From positions 1 to 17,156 of the forward strand of contig JBDKSP010000051.1 of assembly GCA_039680575.1 (NCBI GenBank): DNA of 17,156 nt, written 5' to 3'. The DNA comes from Armatimonadota bacterium. GTDB lineage: Bacteria; Armatimonadota; UBA5829; DTLH01. Under the pieces are notes generated by a model. It was not told the origin of the DNA. It searched no databases and saw only the letters and a program-made list of their open reading frames with translations. Positions 15,601-17,156 of the stretch are shown piece by piece. Each line of letters begins with the position of its first letter. Within the stretch, counting starts at the first letter, position 1. Both the position numbers and the translations under genes were made by a program.

Positions 15601-17108
15601 ATTGGCAGATTGACTCTGATGAAGTCGGTTATCCGTCAAGGATTTCGATCCTCAGGACAGGAGACTTCTACGATGTCTATGTGAACGGACAATGGGGAGT
15701 ATATTACAATTATTCAACAGGCACGAACTCAGCATATCTGGGTAAAATGCCTGTAGATTCAAACACCGGCAAGACATATCTCTCAGATAACGCTTATATC
15801 TATCTGAATGGATACAGGGCCGATATGACTGCCTCAACCATTGGCTACTACGATGAGATAAAAGCAGGAGCAACAATACCTGTTACACCGACAACACTTG
15901 CCGGCGCAAGAGCTGCTGCCGATGGTTCGACGGTGAGCTTCTCAGGTGCAGTGGTAACAGCAAGCTATGACAACTACTTCTTCGTAGAGAACACAGACCG
16001 CTCCGCGGGTATGAAGGTGATCTCCACCTCCAAACCGGCAGTAGGTAAGGTTGCGTTCATAGCAGGAAGCATAGTCAAGGCTGACAAAGAAGTAGCCATC
16101 AAGCCGCTAGAAGCTACATTCAGTGATGATGCTAATGTGACAGTACCCAAAGCTGTAGCAGTAACAGGCAAGGTTGCAGGAGAACTCGACAAGGTCGGAG
16201 CTGCTGCACAGGGAATGCTTGTCAAGGTTGCTGGGACAGTAACCGGCGTCCACATGAACACTGAGAATAAGGTAGACGGTTACTTCCTCGATGACGGAAG
16301 CGGTATCGTGGGAGACGGAGCCAACAAGGGAATCTTCGTTGAACTAGACCCGGCCTGGGGTGTAACTGACAGTGTAGTAGGTAAGTTCAAGACTGTCATA
16401 AGCCCGCTTACAGTAAAGAAGATAAATGACGTTGTTCTTCCTGCTGTAAAGGGTAAGCTCGACGAAATACCGTCGACCTTCCTGGCATACAACGACTGCT
16501 CTTGGTCAGAAGGTCAGATAAACACCAACATCACTACCTACGGAGCAGGCAGCGGTTTCAGTGGTTCGACGAGTGGATACCTGAAAGAGTATACAACAGG
16601 AGCGTCATTCACCGTCACAGCGACACTCACTGAGTCCGGCACGACATGGAGCGCTACCGGAGGAGCCAACTGCGGAACAGGCACAGATGCAACCGGCGTC
16701 TTCGGCGGTATTGTGGACTTCACCGGATACATCAAATGCCCGACAACCAGTACATATGTAGACCTTACATTCAGTGGACTGGACCCTACGGGGACATATG
16801 AGTTCGCAACCTCAGCAAACGGAAATGACATGACCGGTGATTCCATCACCAGGTTTGCCATCTCGGGAGTTCTGGCCTTCACTAATGCCAGCTCCAGCTC
16901 AGCCGTAATAAGCACGGATGGTTCATACACTGAGTTCAACACGGGTATGAATGATTACGATAGCATGACAGGCTACGTAGCCAAGTGGACTGGCATCCAG
17001 CCATCAGCAGACGGCACATTCACCGTAAGAGCCTCAACTGGCGGCGATGGCAGCAACAGTGGAATCTCTTATGCATTCAGCGGATTCATGCTGAAGAGGA
17101 CCAACTAA
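12690..17108 (+). CDS. Large secreted multidomain protein: signal peptide, N-terminal beta domains, carboxypeptidase-regulatory-like repeats, GH2-type sugar-binding jelly-roll, lectin-like domain, paired OB-fold-like C-terminal module
   Basis: Signal peptide ending VSFA|Q; three 'G.I.G.V......GA.V......T...G.Y....V..G.Y' repeats; 'YGWYRTTVNIP.EW.GK.I.L....IDD..EVYLNG...NVLAIKCYD..GGGGIY'; 'VVTA....FFVE..DRSAGMKV' and 'GMLVKVAGTVT...YFLDDGSG'. SD GAGGAGG. Confidence 0.9.
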   Translation: MRRYLRPSAYRLTLIASMMLVLVLCAGVSFAQTDWTQWKYYVDVDVNTGQYARTATPVEMKINFTNFLNGATLNPDSVRVVEFADSGRAGTPVEVYSQFDKSSGYDATANAIGEVVWILRGTPTEPNANSGETAAGATRCYRVYFDDTTGSITAPSYTTDLTYDGTANPYIENIAYRLRIWGQVDTIYALYNKLTNVWMWKGSAYEYDKCGMYYSLNTSRGGWADQFYNYYASVGVSANRAVRFTYVSAENDDNYAYTMVRKFYSGVPYFKTEGKISKISGDGSWANLQIRYNDNSTVKRTAVSEETEANPILSDQFMPKAELFDYDAAGVNGGIGHLMGGDTLASGIGGGAQLCSVNFNYDNGGIWRYKSPGWFPVTLNHALMVHNGTTEAEAKAAVDKGLADYGCPVKIVIVGSSNTTTNYGAIGGKVTDADNANRTVKGALVRLWVNGTYAGRTITSALGDYTFSDVPAGTAKISVKCDGYDTLVVDNVTITAGTAITKDISLPSIIFAGKFINLKADSASGTWKFITDAVCRGVNVDPSNTTALEISTFAGPTLDSSITAVNIPVPNVYDTSSTETEGWDTIQADDNVYGWYRTTVNIPAEWAGKNIRLRDFLIDDALEVYLNGVKVASAAVLGSDTSWYSYPCDFIIPSSAVKPGEANVLAIKCYDNTGGGGIYKGGPVLEVSPDDATVTVNVKGPKALNGTALPIEGATVKIVGAASGTTDATGSRTFNHVKGDTYTITVYHSSYGTKTITNVEVPDTGEITVPVIYDTFLCKLTGTITRSNTPLAGARVIIADDSNYYGTITNSSGAYTITGVLPGEYKLTANALKAVPVIDKPVQAYTLDVALENIDLTYGVTPTYDDFSGTTLDTSKWGFFNTSEQGLGDSTATLVDGVLNLYPIPGRGGILSKTAIPKYGTSEVVFTQKATGANQGFAIIDPTYSGDIYGHGIALEQQSWFMKIFLCGSGNWQIDSDEVGYPSRISILRTGDFYDVYVNGQWGVYYNYSTGTNSAYLGKMPVDSNTGKTYLSDNAYIYLNGYRADMTASTIGYYDEIKAGATIPVTPTTLAGARAAADGSTVSFSGAVVTASYDNYFFVENTDRSAGMKVISTSKPAVGKVAFIAGSIVKADKEVAIKPLEATFSDDANVTVPKAVAVTGKVAGELDKVGAAAQGMLVKVAGTVTGVHMNTENKVDGYFLDDGSGIVGDGANKGIFVELDPAWGVTDSVVGKFKTVISPLTVKKINDVVLPAVKGKLDEIPSTFLAYNDCSWSEGQINTNITTYGAGSGFSGSTSGYLKEYTTGASFTVTATLTESGTTWSATGGANCGTGTDATGVFGGIVDFTGYIKCPTTSTYVDLTFSGLDPTGTYEFATSANGNDMTGDSITRFAISGVLAFTNASSSSAVISTDGSYTEFNTGMNDYDSMTGYVAKWTGIQPSADGTFTVRASTGGDGSNSGISYAFSGFMLKRTN

Positions 17109-17116
17109 CTACTCAT

Positions 17117-17135
17117 GATGCTTTATTAAAGCATC
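17117..17135 (+). other. Short inverted repeat after the stop codon
   Basis: GATGCTTT-att-AAAGCATC with no clear U-tract. The window ends 21 nt later. Confidence 0.35.
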
Positions 17136-17156
17136 TGTCTATCTAGAAAGAGCCGC

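Overview
Bacterial chromosomal window with no mobile element, CRISPR array, rRNA or tRNA. The lineage is probably Armatimonadota, inferred only from the C-terminal paired OB-fold-like module of the last ORF. Left to right: secG with a clean sigma70 promoter and terminator; a 57-aa Cys-rich membrane micro-protein missing from the ORF track (547-720, -); a 74-aa hypothetical; an ECF sigma / zinc-finger anti-sigma / MucB-RseB operon with its own ECF-type promoter; a 1429-aa fused CoA-substrate enzyme activase; an OB-fold exported protein; an inositol monophosphatase (SuhB family); about 1.1 kb of RNA-structure-rich DNA; a TPR protein; a YHS micro-protein; and a 1472-aa secreted multidomain protein behind a long structured leader. 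The most interesting part is 8731-10485. It holds a class-I cyclic-dinucleotide (GEMM-I) riboswitch with the A20 variant associated with 3',3'-cGAMP sensing, and no recognisable gene directly downstream. It also holds a ~90-nt structured element present twice, once before suhB and once before a 64-codon orphan ORF, and a candidate small RNA with three AACTGAATA repeats. All calls were made by eye; no database searches or folding computations were run.
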